A stretch of DNA of 64,000 bases from Octopus vulgaris (Eukaryota), in contig OX597817.1 of NCBI GenBank assembly GCA_951406725.2, positions 150,412,001 to 150,476,000 of the forward strand, read 5' to 3'. Of this stretch, positions 50,031 through 63,152 are shown piece by piece (positions within the stretch are counted from its first letter, which is position 1; the number at the start of each line of letters is the position of its first letter). A program made the translations under genes and the position numbers. The notes beneath the pieces are model-generated. The model was not told the origin of the DNA. It searched no databases and worked only from the letters and a program-made list of their open reading frames with translations.

Positions 50031-50214
50031 CACTACACTCATGGAGTGGTTGGCGTTAGGAAGGACATCCAGCCGTAGAAACATTGCCAGATCAAACTGG
50101 ATCTGGTGCAGCCTTCTGGCTTCCCAGACCCCAGTCGAACTGTCCAACCCATGCTAGCATGGAAAGCGGACGCTATACAATGATGATGATGATGATGATA
50201 TATATATGTGTGTG

Positions 50215-50256
<42 letters not shown>

Positions 50257-51504
50257 TATACATATACATACATACTCATACATGAAACATTGCATTGCCT
50301 TGAATGTTCATATGTCAGTGAAAACATTAACCCCTCCTACCACTCCTCCTTTATTGCATATCTCTTATAACTATCATTCATATCTCTATCACTCATGCTT
50401 TTCCTTCAGTAAAGAGGGTGATGAGTGAGCAAAGACATAGGATCGTGAAGCCTCTTTATTTGTACTACAGACATGGCTATCTCTCTAGTGTTGAGGTCAT
50501 GAAAAATGCCCCCAGTAAGGTGTGAGGTGGTGAAGACCCTTGCACTCTGTAAAGTGTGAGGTGATGAAGTCTTGTTACGGATATGATACCTCTCTAGTGC
50601 TGATGATACAAAACAAAAAAAAAAAGAGAAAGAAAAATACCCAGTACTTTATGTAAAGTAGTTGTTCGGTACAGAATCAAGTGTATTGGTACACACATAT
50701 ATACACATATATATATATAAAATACAAAATGGGACAAGAACGCAAAACATCTGGACAGTTAGGTGATACAAAAATGGGACAACAAAACATCCTGATAGAC
50801 AATACAAAGAAAACAAGGACGGGTCATTCAAAGTTTTCTTTCCTCAGTCGAGTACCAGATTATCTTTGCAATTTCGGCTGATTATACTCGAGATTGCTTC
50901 AATCTGGCCAGCCCCAAGGGAAAACTAAGCTAAGAGCATTAGATTCCTTGGAAGAAAACAGCGAATGTATACAAAAACAGGGACAGAAAAAAACCTACAA
51001 TGTTACACAAATACAATAAAAATAATAACAGGACATAACAACAGGTGTCTTTCAACTAAGGATGAATTAAATTAAGCTGGCATGTGTGGAAATGAAGCCT
51101 TACAGAAGAGATACAAGATTTCACAGGCACAGGGAGGAATATCAATGTTGCACGGACAACGGCCAGACCAAGAAAGAAGGATCAGGCTTGACTGAACGCC
51201 GGTCACGAGGGAAGAGAAGAGAGAGAGGTAGAGGCAGAGAGACGTGTATAGACATGTTGAGTAAGCTGTTAAAAACAATATTCAAAGTCCTGGTTCAATG
51301 AATATTATCAATAACTTTTACTCAACAAAATCTATAAAGTCCCACTATTTGAAAATGCTTTGTTGCTTTGTTGTTTTCTACAAGTTTATTAACTATGTAT
51401 CATCATCATGATCATCGTTGTTTAATGACACTTTTCCTTGCTTAGGCAGAGTTTACAGAGGCAGATCTTCTACAGCCAGGTGCCCTTCCTGTCACCAGTC
51501 TGAG

Positions 51505-51830
51505 ACCCCCTTCAGTCATTACTGACCATGGTATTGCACCTAGAAAGTTACCCTCCCAGGCACAAGTCTGGGCAAGGTTGTCTGTGGAAGACCAGCAGTC
51601 GCCCATGCATACTGGCCTCCCCTCTCCACGCCACCAGTGTTATCCAAGGGAAAGGCAAAGGCTGATACAGCTTGGCACCAGTGATGTTGCAACCCATTTC
51701 TACAGCTGAGTGAACTGAGTGAAATAAAGTGTCTTGCTCAAGAACACAACATGCAGCCCGGTCTGGGATTCAAAGTCACAACCTCACGATCGTAAGCTTG
51801 ACACTCTAACCACTGAACCATGCGCCTTCA
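51505..51830 (-). mobile_element. tRNA-headed SINE, second family, near full length
   Basis: Minus strand GTGAAGGCGCATGGTTCAGTGGTTAGAGTGTC...GAATCCCAGACC...GTGTTCTTGAGCAAGACACTT. Confidence 0.75.
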
Positions 51831-51841
51831 CCCTGTCACCA

Positions 51842-51897
<56 letters not shown>

Positions 51898-52109
51898 CAT
51901 GCTAGCATGGAAAGCGGATGTTAAACAATGTTGATATATATATGGGGGTAATATGTTTGTAAAGGACATGCCTTTATGTATGACCCCAATTTTACATGGC
52001 TCAACGTTTTTTCTCAAGTACAGAAAATTGTCAGAGATCTCAGTCCCTTGTCATCTCCTCTTGTGGTATGTTTTCAAACAATATAAACAAATACAAATTT
52101 TGGCACAAG

Positions 52110-52283
52110 AGCAGCAATTTCAGGGGAAGAGGTAAGTCAATTACATTGACCCCAGTATTCAACTGGTACTTATTTTATTGACCCCAGTAAGAATGAAAGG
52201 CAAAGTCAACCTCAGCAGAATTTGAACTCAGAACTGCTAAGGATTCGCCTGGCATGCTAATGATTCTGCTAGCTCACCACCTT
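52110..52283 (-). mobile_element. Nin/Deu-type SINE, diverged
   Basis: Reverse match to 62918-63152. Confidence 0.65.
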
Positions 52284-52337
52284 ATCAAATACAAATATAT
52301 TAAATACCAGACAACATAAATTTTTGATTTATTAATA

Positions 52338-52722
52338 CAGTGATACCTCAGAGTATGAGTTTAATTCGTTCCATGACCAAGCTCATCTTACAATTTACTC
52401 ATTTTACAAATCAATTTTCCCCATTGAAGTTAACTAAAGTATGATTAATCCATTACAGCCCCGCAAAACAACTCAAAAATAATTTTTTGTGGGTTTTAAA
52501 ACAGAAATGGTGTAGTGACAAGTAAATTGACAATTATAAAAAAGAGAATGCAAAAGAAATATGTAAACTGGTTTTATTAACTGAATTACCTTAAAGATGG
52601 GATGATTTGTGTGCTTGTACTGGGGATTTCCGCTTGTACTTCAAGAAAAAAATTTGCACAAGTCTCGGCTTGTACAGCAAATTACTCATACAATGGGGCA
52701 CTCGTATTGTGAGGTTCTACAG
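52338..52722. mobile_element. Tigger/pogo-like MITE
   Basis: TA|CAGTGATACCTCAGAGTATGAGT ... ACTCGTATTGTGAGGTTCTACAG|TA imperfect TIRs. Confidence 0.65.
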
Positions 52723-54849
52723 TATTTTTTCCACCTCTTGAAGATGTAGTCTTTATTCATTTAAACCATTATTTAATTTATTGTAGTTTTGGGGTATCTA
52801 TTTTACATAAGAATAATAACTAAAGCTAAGGTTGACTTGATTTGAATTAGCAAACTGATATTTTGTCTTGCAAGGTGCTTGGTAACCTTGTTGGTGATTG
52901 TGTCACATAAAAAGCACCCAGTACACTCTGTAAAGTGGTTGGCATTAGGAAGGGCATCCAGCTGTAGAAATCATGCCAAAGCAGGCAATGGAACCTAATA
53001 TGCTTCTGGCCTTGCCAGCTCCTATCAAACTGCCAGTATATAAAGAAATGTTTAATGATGATGGTGGTGATGACAATGATGACATTATAATTACGCTATT
53101 TGCGTTATGAGCTGTACTGCCTTCACCACATGTTGACCCAATAATGGTTTGATACATCAAGGAATTAAATGAAAAGCAAAAAATACACACACAGAATGAA
53201 ATACTCATGAGCTTGTGTTACTGTGGTTTTTGGTTGCAGGGGTTACCTAGTGTTGTGGTTTTGGCACTGAAGTATGTGCTATCATTATCCAAGTTGATAT
53301 TGTTGCTGTATTAATCATGGTGTGAGATAAGGCTAGCAGCAGATATTACAACTAGGGCCAGTGCTAGGAAGTGTCAGTGTCAGAGAATTGTCAGTGGGGT
53401 CCTCCACTCTACAAAAGCTGAAGACTTGTGTTTTATGCTTAATATGCTACGCCAGTCCCAGCCAAAAAGCATTGAGGGCTTGTGGCTCCACCATTAGCCA
53501 CAATGATGTACTAAAAATTCATCATAGTGTCCTCCACTCAAGCATGCATGTCAGGCCTAATTTGAACAAATCTGTCTAATTGGTTTAAAACTGGTCCTAA
53601 TTACAACAAAAGCAAATCCATGAACATTTAACATCAGACTTAATTAAAGGAAGTCTAAGCATGTATGCATGCATATATTATCAAATCTTCACTCGTAATA
53701 ACGTGACAAGGTCACAGGGATTGACTTAACTGTATTTGCTTGGCCAATTGTAATCTGGAAAGTGAGAGACAACAAGTTATGAGTCTGCCACAATTTGTTA
53801 CAGTTTTCTCTTGATTTGCTTGGTGAAAACTGAGATCTGTCCTACTTGAAATGCTAACAGCACTCTAGGATGATTTTGGTGCTAAATTTCTTAACTAGTG
53901 AAAAAAGATACGACTCTCAAGAATATTTGAGATGTTGTTCATGACATGACTTCAAGCTGATTGATCGATCATTTTATAGGTTGTTCATGTGAAAATGGTG
54001 TGGCTTCATTTATGACAGTGAACTGGTAACTTCACATTTGGGGTTCAGATACATAGTCACTGACAGCTGCTGTCACTCAAGTACAATAAGATGATTTCAA
54101 AGATTGCCATGGGGACATATTCTGTAGGAGATGTGTTTAATCAATCCAGTTAATTTGTTATAATTCCATTCACATCTTGGGTACCTTGCAGGAATACAAG
54201 TTTGCCTGTTGTCTAAACCTGTCAAAATATTCAGTTACTGAAAGGATCAACATTTAACGGGGGACAGAGTTGGACAGGCAGAGTCAGAGCCTTGGCCAAA
54301 ATGTATACACAATATTTAATTACAACACCTACATTCTAAGATCAAATCCCACCTATGGTAACTTTGTCTTTTTCTTCTGGTGTATGACCAGTCACTTTGA
54401 TGAAAAACACAAAATTCCGCACGAATGGTTTCAATATTTGGAAGAATTAGACAAAAGTTCTCTGGTAATTTTCTTCATGTAAATAAATGTTTATGTAAAT
54501 TTGAAAATTTGCCAGCAAAATCTTATAAAATGACAATGTTCTAAAAGATGTCCATGTTTATATGTTTGTAGTGGAGCTTGCAGGCATGAAGTGGATTCGA
54601 TCCTAGATAGCCAAATTTAAATTAACACTTCAACAGAACTTTTCTCTTTCTGTGACAGTTTACATTTGACAGATGCCTTAGCTAGGCCAAAATAATGTCT
54701 TCACCACTTGACCCTTCTAACCTCTTCTATTTCACCAAAAGCTAGAATTAAGATAACAAGACAACCAACTAAATTTATTGTTCTCAATGATATGTCTATC
54801 CTTCTAGATAATTATAAAAACAAAAACCCCCAAGCAAAAATCAGTTAGT

Positions 54850-55660
54850 CATTTGGTTTTTGGTCTCCACATGATCCATGCTCCTACGTCCCACAGGGAC
54901 GTCAAATGTGGCAGGAAGAATTTGACATGCGGTGACCACACCCGTTCACCATCCAGGTAGAGCCAGAGGTGTCTCAGCCTCACGCATACATGCACATCAT
55001 CAACCAAGGCATCCTTAACCCACCCTTTAGTGGTTTCTGGCAGCAAATGGAACACCTCACAAGTGGTGGTTTCCCCTCCCACAAAAAGTGGAAAAGGATC
55101 TGTTCCAACTTGTTCAGCCACAAACCAGGACAAGGTACAACGGTTAGGTGGTAGGTTATTCAAGATGCTATAAACACCTGCGCAACCTCTGCCCTCCCTA
55201 GCAAGGATAGCGACCTCCCAGACCAAGTCTGGGTTATGGCCTCACCTTGCCCATGACCTCACTCCAGTTTTGCTCCAACTGGAGATCTGAACCAAACCAG
55301 ACTCCAAGCAGTTTAACTGGGCCCTCTGTCCAACGTCCCATGATGCTATTGGGAGGCTTCAACTTGCCCCTCCAGGCGCCGAGTTGCAAGCCGACTGATT
55401 TTTCCTGGTTAATTTTTGGTCCTGCCACCACTTCATATCTTTTAATGGCGTCTTCTACACAAGGTAGCTGCCCTTCATCAGACATGCTGATGGTGACATC
55501 ATCCACATATGCCATCACTTTCAGACCGTCACAAAAACCACGCAGGTCTCCCCACCCTCGTGACCTCCAACCTCCACAGCAGTGACTCAAGAACCAGCAC
55601 ATACAGAAGTGGGGACAGGGAGCAGCCCTGGTAAACTGAACGTTTGATTGCAAACGGCTT
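54850..55660 (-). mobile_element. Tx1/L1-clade LINE RT fragment
   Basis: VYQGCSLSPLLYVLVLE, AYVDDVT, YEVVAGPKINQEKSVGL, VKLLGVWFG, NWSEVMGKV. Confidence 0.8.
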
Positions 55661-56843
55661 TGAAAAGAAACTAAATATATAATCGCAGAAATTTTTATAC
55701 GATTCTCGATTTCATTTTTCCGATTTCCATTAAGTCATAACTCCCAAACCTAAATGTTTTGTATTGTCTTGTATTGTCCCCTCTCTGTGTGTCATTCATT
55801 GACAAATAAAGAAATAAGTTAGTCCCTTGGTGACAACTCAGTTAGTCGGCTCATGTCAGAGACAACTACCATCAGTTAGTGAGCAGAATGTTAGAATCAT
55901 GAACACAAGCAAGGCAGCTACTAAAGACAATGGTCAGAGGGAGAAATGAAACTTATTGTCAGCAACAATGAAACAACTTCCCACGACCCTACAATTTTCA
56001 CTAGCTCTATTTCTGTTTTCTTACAACATCATTCTATCGCTATCAGTGGGTTACTGCTAAGAAAACGTGTACACAAAACTATACAAGGAAAATCTACCAC
56101 ATCTAACTTTACTACGCATGCTCTAGGATTTTATCACCTGCCCGTCGAGGCAAGGTATATTCAGTGTAACGGTAAAAATATATATTTTCTTACCAACTTC
56201 AATCACTGTTCTTTCATCTTTACATAATGGCAATCAACGAAGAACCAATCCTTACAAACTGATTACGACTCCGACATTTCATCCTAATGTGCACCAAATC
56301 CATCTTATTGTTTGCAAATCAATCACAGCAGTAACAAACTCAGCCTCAACCGTTACAAATTTTTACTGTTACATCTTATATATGAAAATAAAAATTGCTT
56401 TATAGAAAACTTTAATTCTTTTTTTTTATTTTTATGTTATGATAGATACATTTCAGAGGCAATATTTCGTACCCTCACCTCGTGTTCTGAGTTCAAATGC
56501 CGTCAAAGTTGATATACTCCGTTCATACATTTTGTTGTCAATGAAATAAATGCAAGGCACACTTGACTGATTCAATCGATTGGTATATGACCGTTTCGGT
56601 AATCTGTGATCGAAGCGGCGGCAATTGAAAAAAAAACACAATAATGCAAAATGTACCAAAGAAGTAACTTGGCTATCCCGAATACTCAAAAGAAATAAGT
56701 TTACATCTTTCCAAAAAAAAACACTTGATTCTTCAGATTGGTTGCGTTGTGCCAGTATGATAAACCATATAAACTACATTTGATTTTACCGCGAACACAG
56801 ACAACTCCCAAATAAATTCCTTAATAGTTTTTGTATTGCTTAC

Positions 56844-57000
56844 CTTTACATGAGTTCCGTTTGCGATTTTGTATGTTTTGCTTCTGGTTTTGGTAGAGTT
56901 AATCTTTTATTTAATTCCGATTTTCTATTTGGAGACCAGACGTTAGCATGTTTTGCTTCGTATTTCTCAAAATACTAAATGACCCCCAATCATTGGTGGG
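56844..57000 (-). promoter_or_regulatory. Possible second promoter with short non-coding first exon
   Basis: Overlapping CCAATCATTGG (56986-56996), strong donor AAG|GTAAGC at 56843, CpG-enriched repeat-poor surroundings. Confidence 0.3.
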
Positions 57001-58114
57001 CTAATCACATACAGGAGGGATAAAAAGGATTAAGTATCAGACTTGAAATTAAGCACAGGGTTTGTTCGATATATTATCGATCGATCGATTATAATCCAGC
57101 AAGGAAATGTCCTAGAATGGTCGCAAGCCCAAATGATTGACGCCAGTAAAAAGAAGAAACTAAAATGATACAGATATATATATATTCCAGCGACAATATT
57201 TTAGGCCAACTTCATAGAAGCCAGATTTTATACACAATCATAATATAATTGTTGGAAACACTGCTATTTTAGGTAATATATATAAAATAAACACCACAGA
57301 GTTACAGAAACGAACAACAGGAATGTTGGGGAAAAGATAACGAAAAATATAAAATGCCCAAAGACATGTGATATATTAACTGCATTTTGTAATATTATCT
57401 TGGAATAGTAATAGTAGTGGGAAATGTTTGTAAATTTCGAGTCAGAAATAAACCGATAAACTGATTCAGAAGAAAAATAATTGTTCTTTTAGTTCATATT
57501 CTGTCAAACACCACTGAAATAATAATATAAACAGTTCCGTCTTCGTTCCTATATATTTTGGACAGGCAGCAATTCTCATATAAATATATATATATGTACG
57601 TGTGCGTGTGTCTGTTTGAATGAGTGTGTATGTGTGTGTATTTAAGTGTATGTGTGTGTGTATATACAATAGATGTTTTAAAATCGTTAAATTGATTTAC
57701 TGACTGGGAAATTATTTGATACATATGTCACAAATTTTAGAAGTAGTCAAATAAGGTTGAATACTTAAAAAAAGAACTATGAAAGCGGATCTATACAGTA
57801 ATAGTGATACAATATTTCTGCAAATATCACGAAGAAGGAATTTAATATGAACGTTTTCAATAAGCAAAAAAGAAGCTTAATGCATAACGAAAGAAGATAT
57901 ATAAAAACATTTAACGATTTGTACGATGACTATAACAATCAGAAAAGTAATCATATCCAGTTATTTTACCGACTTATACAATAAAAGCAATTTGTTTCTA
58001 TCATAAAGGATAAAGGTGAAAAAATAAATATAAAAACATCATCACAAAGACGGTTACTTCAGGGAAATGAATTCATATATTAAAAGTAAAGCAAATGATA
58101 GTGGGAGGTTCATA

Positions 58115-58186
58115 GCCGTGATCGTCTAGTGGTTAGGACCCCACGTTGTGGCCGTGGTAACCCAGGTTCGAATCCTGGTCACGGCA
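58115..58186 (+). tRNA. trnH-GUG: tRNA-His (anticodon GUG)
   Basis: GCCGTGATCGTCTAGTGGTTAGGACCCCACGTTGTGGCCGTGGTAACCCAGGTTCGAATCCTGGTCACGGCA: full cloverleaf, GCCGTGA/TCACGGC acceptor stem, intact A and B boxes, no intron. Confidence 0.98.
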
Positions 58187-58198
58187 GCCTCCCTATTA

Positions 58199-58213
58199 TT
58201 TTAGTTTTTTTTT
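58199..58213 (+). terminator. Pol III oligo-T terminator of tRNA-His
   Basis: TTTT then T9 beginning 13 nt downstream of the tRNA. Confidence 0.8.
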
Positions 58214-58399
58214 AATAATTTTTTTTCTTCAGTTTCGTAGAAATTAAGTGGGTGCAACTGGATTTTCAAAGTATTTTTTGCAATTGTGTTTTCAGCCGTA
58301 ATTTGAAGGTCTCTAGGTTGCCATCGAGCTAAGGACTGGTTTACTGTGTGGAAGTTTCTGTAATGCGAATACAAAATATTGGCTATGGCACGAGGTCAC

Positions 58400-58917
58400 C
58401 AATTTGGGGGACAGCTGATTATATCGACTCAGTACTCGACTGGTATTGCTTTATCGACCCCGAAAGGAAAAAATCGACCTCGGCCGACGCTAAGCATTTT
58501 GGCCGGCGAGCTATCGATTCTTCCAGAATACTCAGAAAAGCACAAGGACCCCGAAACTTTGGGGGAGGGGGCCAGTCGATTAGATTGACCCCCTAATACG
58601 CAACTGGTACTTAATTTATCGACCCTGAAAGGCAAAGTCGATCTCGTTGGAATTTGAACTCAGGACGTTGAGACAGACGAAATACCTATTTCTTTACTGC
58701 CCACAAGGGGCTACACACAGAGGGGACGAACAAGGACAGACAAACGGATTAAGTCGATTATATCGACCCTAGTGCATTACTGGTACTTATTTAATCGACC
58801 CCGAAAGGATGAAAGGCAAAGTCGACCTCGGCGGAATTTGAACTCACAACGTAGCGGCGAACGAAATACCGCTAAGCATTTCACCTAGCGTGCTAACGAT
58901 TCTGCCAGCTCGCCGCC
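58400..58917 (-). mobile_element. Stack of three Nin/Deu-type SINE pieces; the last (58683-58917) is full length
   Basis: Repeated ATCGACCCCGAAAGGATGAAAGGCAAAGTCGACCTCGGC, the reverse of a Nin-domain-like GCCTTTCATCCTTTCGGGGTCGAT. Confidence 0.8.
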
Positions 58918-59744
58918 ATTTCTGCAGTAGGAACTTTGCTGAAGAACTTTTTGGTCAAGTGAATCAACCTTAACACTTATTATTTTTAAACCTGTTACCT
59001 ATTCTATCTAATTCGTTTTGCCGAACCGTTAAGTTACGGGGACATAAATACACCAGTTGTCAAAGGGACGAACACAATGACATAGGTACATATATATGTA
59101 GCGGGATGGTGCAGCAGATGAAATAGGCATGTGGACGACATCAAAGTAAAAAAGATTTTGGTTTAAATAATTTAATCGAGACTTGCATTTACTTGTTGTA
59201 TACACCAAAAAATTCACTACATGACATTACCAACTTGCTTCGAGTTGGCGAAGAAGAAAATAAACAGGGAAGTGTCTGTGTGTTCGTTGGTCATTCGGTG
59301 GTGTCTGTTTATGTTCTGCAACTGCTACTGTATTAGGTCGTTCATGCTGAATATGAGGTTCTATGTTGGCTGCTTGACTGGCGCAAGTTACTCGCTGGAT
59401 GTCTGCTTGTCTCTTGACAGTTCGCCTGGTGATGGCTATCTACAGCCCTTTGACGGACTTCCGCTTGATGTCTATCTGACTGTATTTATAATGGTCATGA
59501 CAGCTAGAAGGACATACATACCACAGGAGTAATTTCTACTTATGTAGGTCGCCTCCTGTCCACTTGAACCTTAAATGACACAGCTCCAGTCGTAGGTCGA
59601 AGGCAAATCTATCCATCACTTTTTGACTGGACAAAGAAATTTTTTTCGTGCCTGGACAGTGGAGGATCAGACGAGCGAGAATCTTTAGAATCGGTTTCAA
59701 ATCTCAGCTCGGAAAAGGAAGTGAAAGTTTTTACATACATATAT

Positions 59745-60120
59745 CATCATCATTTAATGTCTGTTTTCCAAGCTGACAGGAGTTGGACAGTTTGACAGTT
59801 GCTGGTCAGCTGAAGAGCGGTCCAAGCTCCATGTGTATTTCGGCATGGTTTCTATGACTGGATGCCCTTCCTAACACCAACCACTTTACAGAGTGTACTG
59901 GGTGCTTTTACGCTGCATTTACGTGGTACCAGTACGGGTGCTTTTTACGTGGCATCGGCACCCACAACCCTTCAAGATTATGAATGTTCAGCAGGAGAAG
60001 GATGCAAAGGACATGCCTGTATGCAAGGACAACCATGATTTTACTTAGCTTCGTGTGTCCCCTGTTATTCCCTCTGTGAAGCCCAACGCCTGAAGATCCA
60101 CTCTCACCACTTTATCCCAT
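59745..60120 (-). mobile_element. Diverged RTE 3'-tail copy
   Basis: (CAT)n-tttaatgtc...ctggatgcccttcctaacaccaaccac...ggtgcttttacg. Confidence 0.7.
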
Positions 60121-60204
60121 ATATATCAAGGAAATGCTTGTAGAAATTCTGATTGCTAATAGCTACAGTTTGGCGTAGATGTGAAGATTGCAGTAGAAGA
60201 GTAA

Positions 60205-60760
60205 CTACAGTAGGGCTGCTTTGAAGACGACATTTTTAGTTTTTCCTTCAGGAACATAGATGAATAAGTTATCTGAATCGTCAACTCTGGAACAACGATG
60301 TGAAAAGCATGATGTTCGAAGGTCCAATCTGACAACTTTCAGCGATTGACCTTGTGCCTTGTTAATTGCCATAGCGAAGCTGAGTTTGAGAAGGAACTGA
60401 AGTCTCTGCACACGGTCGGCGCAGTCTGTTGGGGTTAGCGGAATTTTGGGAATAAAAACGGTATTGTTTTTGCCGTGTCCTGTGATAATTTGGGCTTCAA
60501 TGACGAAATCCATCATTTGTTTGACCACAAGGCAAGTTCCATTGCAGAGTGTGGATGCATTTGGACTGCGTAGGAGGATGACAGGGCAACCGACTTTTTA
60601 GTGAAGTTCATGGGGAGGGAGTCCTGGAGAATGTTGGGAGTTGAGGAATTCTGATGGAAAGTGTGTAATCTGATCGGGGTCGATAACGGTATCAACTGAT
60701 CTGTAACAACGTTCTTGAGAAAGTAGCTTACTGAGTAAGTCGTAGTTAAGAGTGGTGGGA
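60205..60760 (-). pseudogene. Helitron PIF1-type helicase C-terminal fragment, in an internally deleted Helitron probably extending to about 61290
   Basis: EFLNSQHSPGLPPHELH*KVGCPVILLRS...LCNGT, VFIPKIPL, RLQFLLKLSFAMAINKAQGQSL, CFSH...CSRV, TKNVVF; the GQLYVA motif is deleted. Confidence 0.9.
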
Positions 60761-62917
60761 GCTGCATTTGTAGGTGCAAAAACAGCCCTGTGCTAACGTG
60801 CAAATATCGGCAGTTTGCAGTGAACGGGCATTATAAAAACTGTATAACTGTCACAACTCTGTACGTGCAAAAGCAGAGAATATATATAATATGGATTAAC
60901 TTCTGAAGGCATTTAAAATATAATTAAAAGTTGATTCAAATTGCATGGCTACCTCAAAGAAGTACCAATGTGCAAATATCGACAGTTTGCTGTGAATGGG
61001 TATTGTAAAAACTGTACTAGAAGACAAAGTGAAAGTAGCGTAACGTCATCAAGAGTAGTGTCCCTTGAAGCAACGATCGTTGGTATTTGTTATTTACCTA
61101 TGAGGTGTTTTCATCCCCTAGGGGCGGATATACTTATTATGTGGAAAATTTGAAGAGTCTATAACCATCTCTGGAATATAAGTGATGTATGTTACCAGTA
61201 TGAACGAGATTGGATGAAAAATATTGATTTTAAGGAGGGGGTCAAGCAAAAGGCCAGTACACACACATATTTTCCGTTTTATTATATATATATATATGAT
61301 GATGATGAACTGCGTTCAGTTTCCATCAACCAAATCCCCTCATAAGGCTTTGATTGGCCAAAGGATATAGCCGAAGACACTTGCCCAAGGTGTCACGCAG
61401 TGATCTGAACCCAGAACCATGTGAAAGTGAAGCAAACTTTTTACATCACTCACTATATTCTCCTTTAATCGCATCTGTTACTTTCACATTCTCATGAAGC
61501 TCCCAACCTCTCCTTCCCTCCTCATCTACTGCCTGTACCCTCTTTTATGCTCATCTTCTTGTGCCTTGAGAGTTCACTTTCACACCTCATCACCATTATC
61601 TCTATCTTCTTTCCAGCTACTTCCAGCCAGTCTTGTATAATATGGAGTAGCTTTGTATCTTCTCAATAGCAAACAAGACACCTGTGCCCGTCCTCTGTCA
61701 TACTTTAGTTTCTCAACAAATGGCATAAAGTCACCTACTTCTCTTTGAAATTAAACTCCAAAACACACAGATGACTCCTTTTCTCTTCAAGTCTTGTAAG
61801 TGACTTCAATAGTGCTTGTGGCACGAAAAAGTACTCGAAACATACTTTTAAGTGACTGGCATTAGAAAGGGCATCCAGTGCCAAAGTCACATAAAAGAAC
61901 GATGCAGTCCCGTAGCTCAGAATTCCAATCCATGCCAGCATGGAAAACAGCAATTAAATGATGAGGAGGGGGATGAGAAAGATCATGATGACAAGCTTAG
62001 GACAGTTTCAATATATCTAATTCCAGTTTTGCTAGAAAACTTTACTGAAGATGCCAAGCAGCAGGAACAGACCTGGAGATGAAATGGCTTTGGAGTAAAC
62101 TTATTAACCATGCAGTAATGCCTTCAGTGTTTCTATATACAGCTCAGTAAGTAAACAACTATCCCTGCATCGTTAATAACAAAATGTGACCTGCTGAGGT
62201 GTTGGTTGGGTCACTGGCCATCTGGAGGGATGTGATACTAGAGATTATCAACTAATTCATCATACCAACATCATGTGTAAGATTATTGAAGCCACTGTGA
62301 GGAAAAGATTATCAGACATATGAAGAAACTGAATCAGTTAAGTACAGGGGTGTGAGTTCACAGTCAATAGAACATTGGACAGAATTTCTAATGTTCTATC
62401 GACTGATATTTGTGGTATTTATTTCAGCTCTTTATATTCTGAATTCAGTCCCCACCAAGGTCAACTTTGCTTTTCATCCTTTTATGATCAATAAACAAAA
62501 TTCCAAGACAGTATTGGAGTCAATTCTTTCTCTCCCTCTTTTCCCTGTTTCTCACTTTTTCTCATTTTTTTTCCGTCTTTCTCACTTTATTCTCTGTCTA
62601 TCTTTTCCCCTCTCAGTCACTGGATGAAATTAACTGTGTTCCAACTTGGAAAGAGATGGGCTTCTCTAGTTTTAAAAGTGCCCAACGATACTCTCCCATG
62701 ACTCCTTCAGATGGCTAGCCTACACCCATCCCCAATCTGTTTCATGACAAACAATTTCATTTCATGCTTGGTAGATTGACTGTGATATAACTGGTTAAGC
62801 ACAGGAAGCAACTGAATAAACCGAGGTGCTACAATATTATTGGAAGTATTCTGCATTAACTAAAAGGGTTGTTGTTGACGAGGAAACATTTATGTGACAG
62901 CAGGTAGTGAGAAGCTA

Positions 62918-63152
62918 AGGCGGTGATCTGGCAGAAACGTTAGCATGCCAGGCAAAAATGCTTGACAGTATTTCATCTGTGTGAACGTTCTGGGTTCAAA
63001 TTCTGCCGAGGTCGACTTTGCCTTTCATCCTTTCGGGGTCGATTAAATAAGTACCAATTATGCACTGGGGTCAATATAATCGACTTAATCCGTTTGTCTG
63101 TCCTTGTTTATCCTCTCGGTGTTTAGCCCCTTGTGGATAGTAAAGAAATAGG
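62918..63152 (+). mobile_element. Nin/Deu-type tRNA-SINE, full length
   Basis: Head AGGCGGTGATCTGGCAGAAACG, B-box GGTTCAAATTC, GCCTTTCATCCTTTCGGGGTCGAT domain; direct repeat AGGTAGTGAGA at 62902-62912 and 63150-63160. Confidence 0.85.

Larger units (their letters stand above)
46300..50198 (+). mobile_element. Near full-length RTE-clade LINE (5' boundary uncertain)
   Basis: Single APE+RT reading frame about 46514-49594 followed by a 600-bp 3'UTR ending in (TGA)n. Confidence 0.93.

Noticed and set aside
50810-51075. Possible degenerate hammerhead cores in a TA-flanked repeat (minus CTGAGGA...GAA; GGCTG...CAGCCGAAA)
   Set aside because: Cores are incomplete and stems cannot be closed by eye; needs a family consensus.
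60205-60760. Host PIF1 helicase exon
   Set aside because: Intronless, contains a stop and a motif deletion, and ends in the Helitron-typical TKNVV tail.
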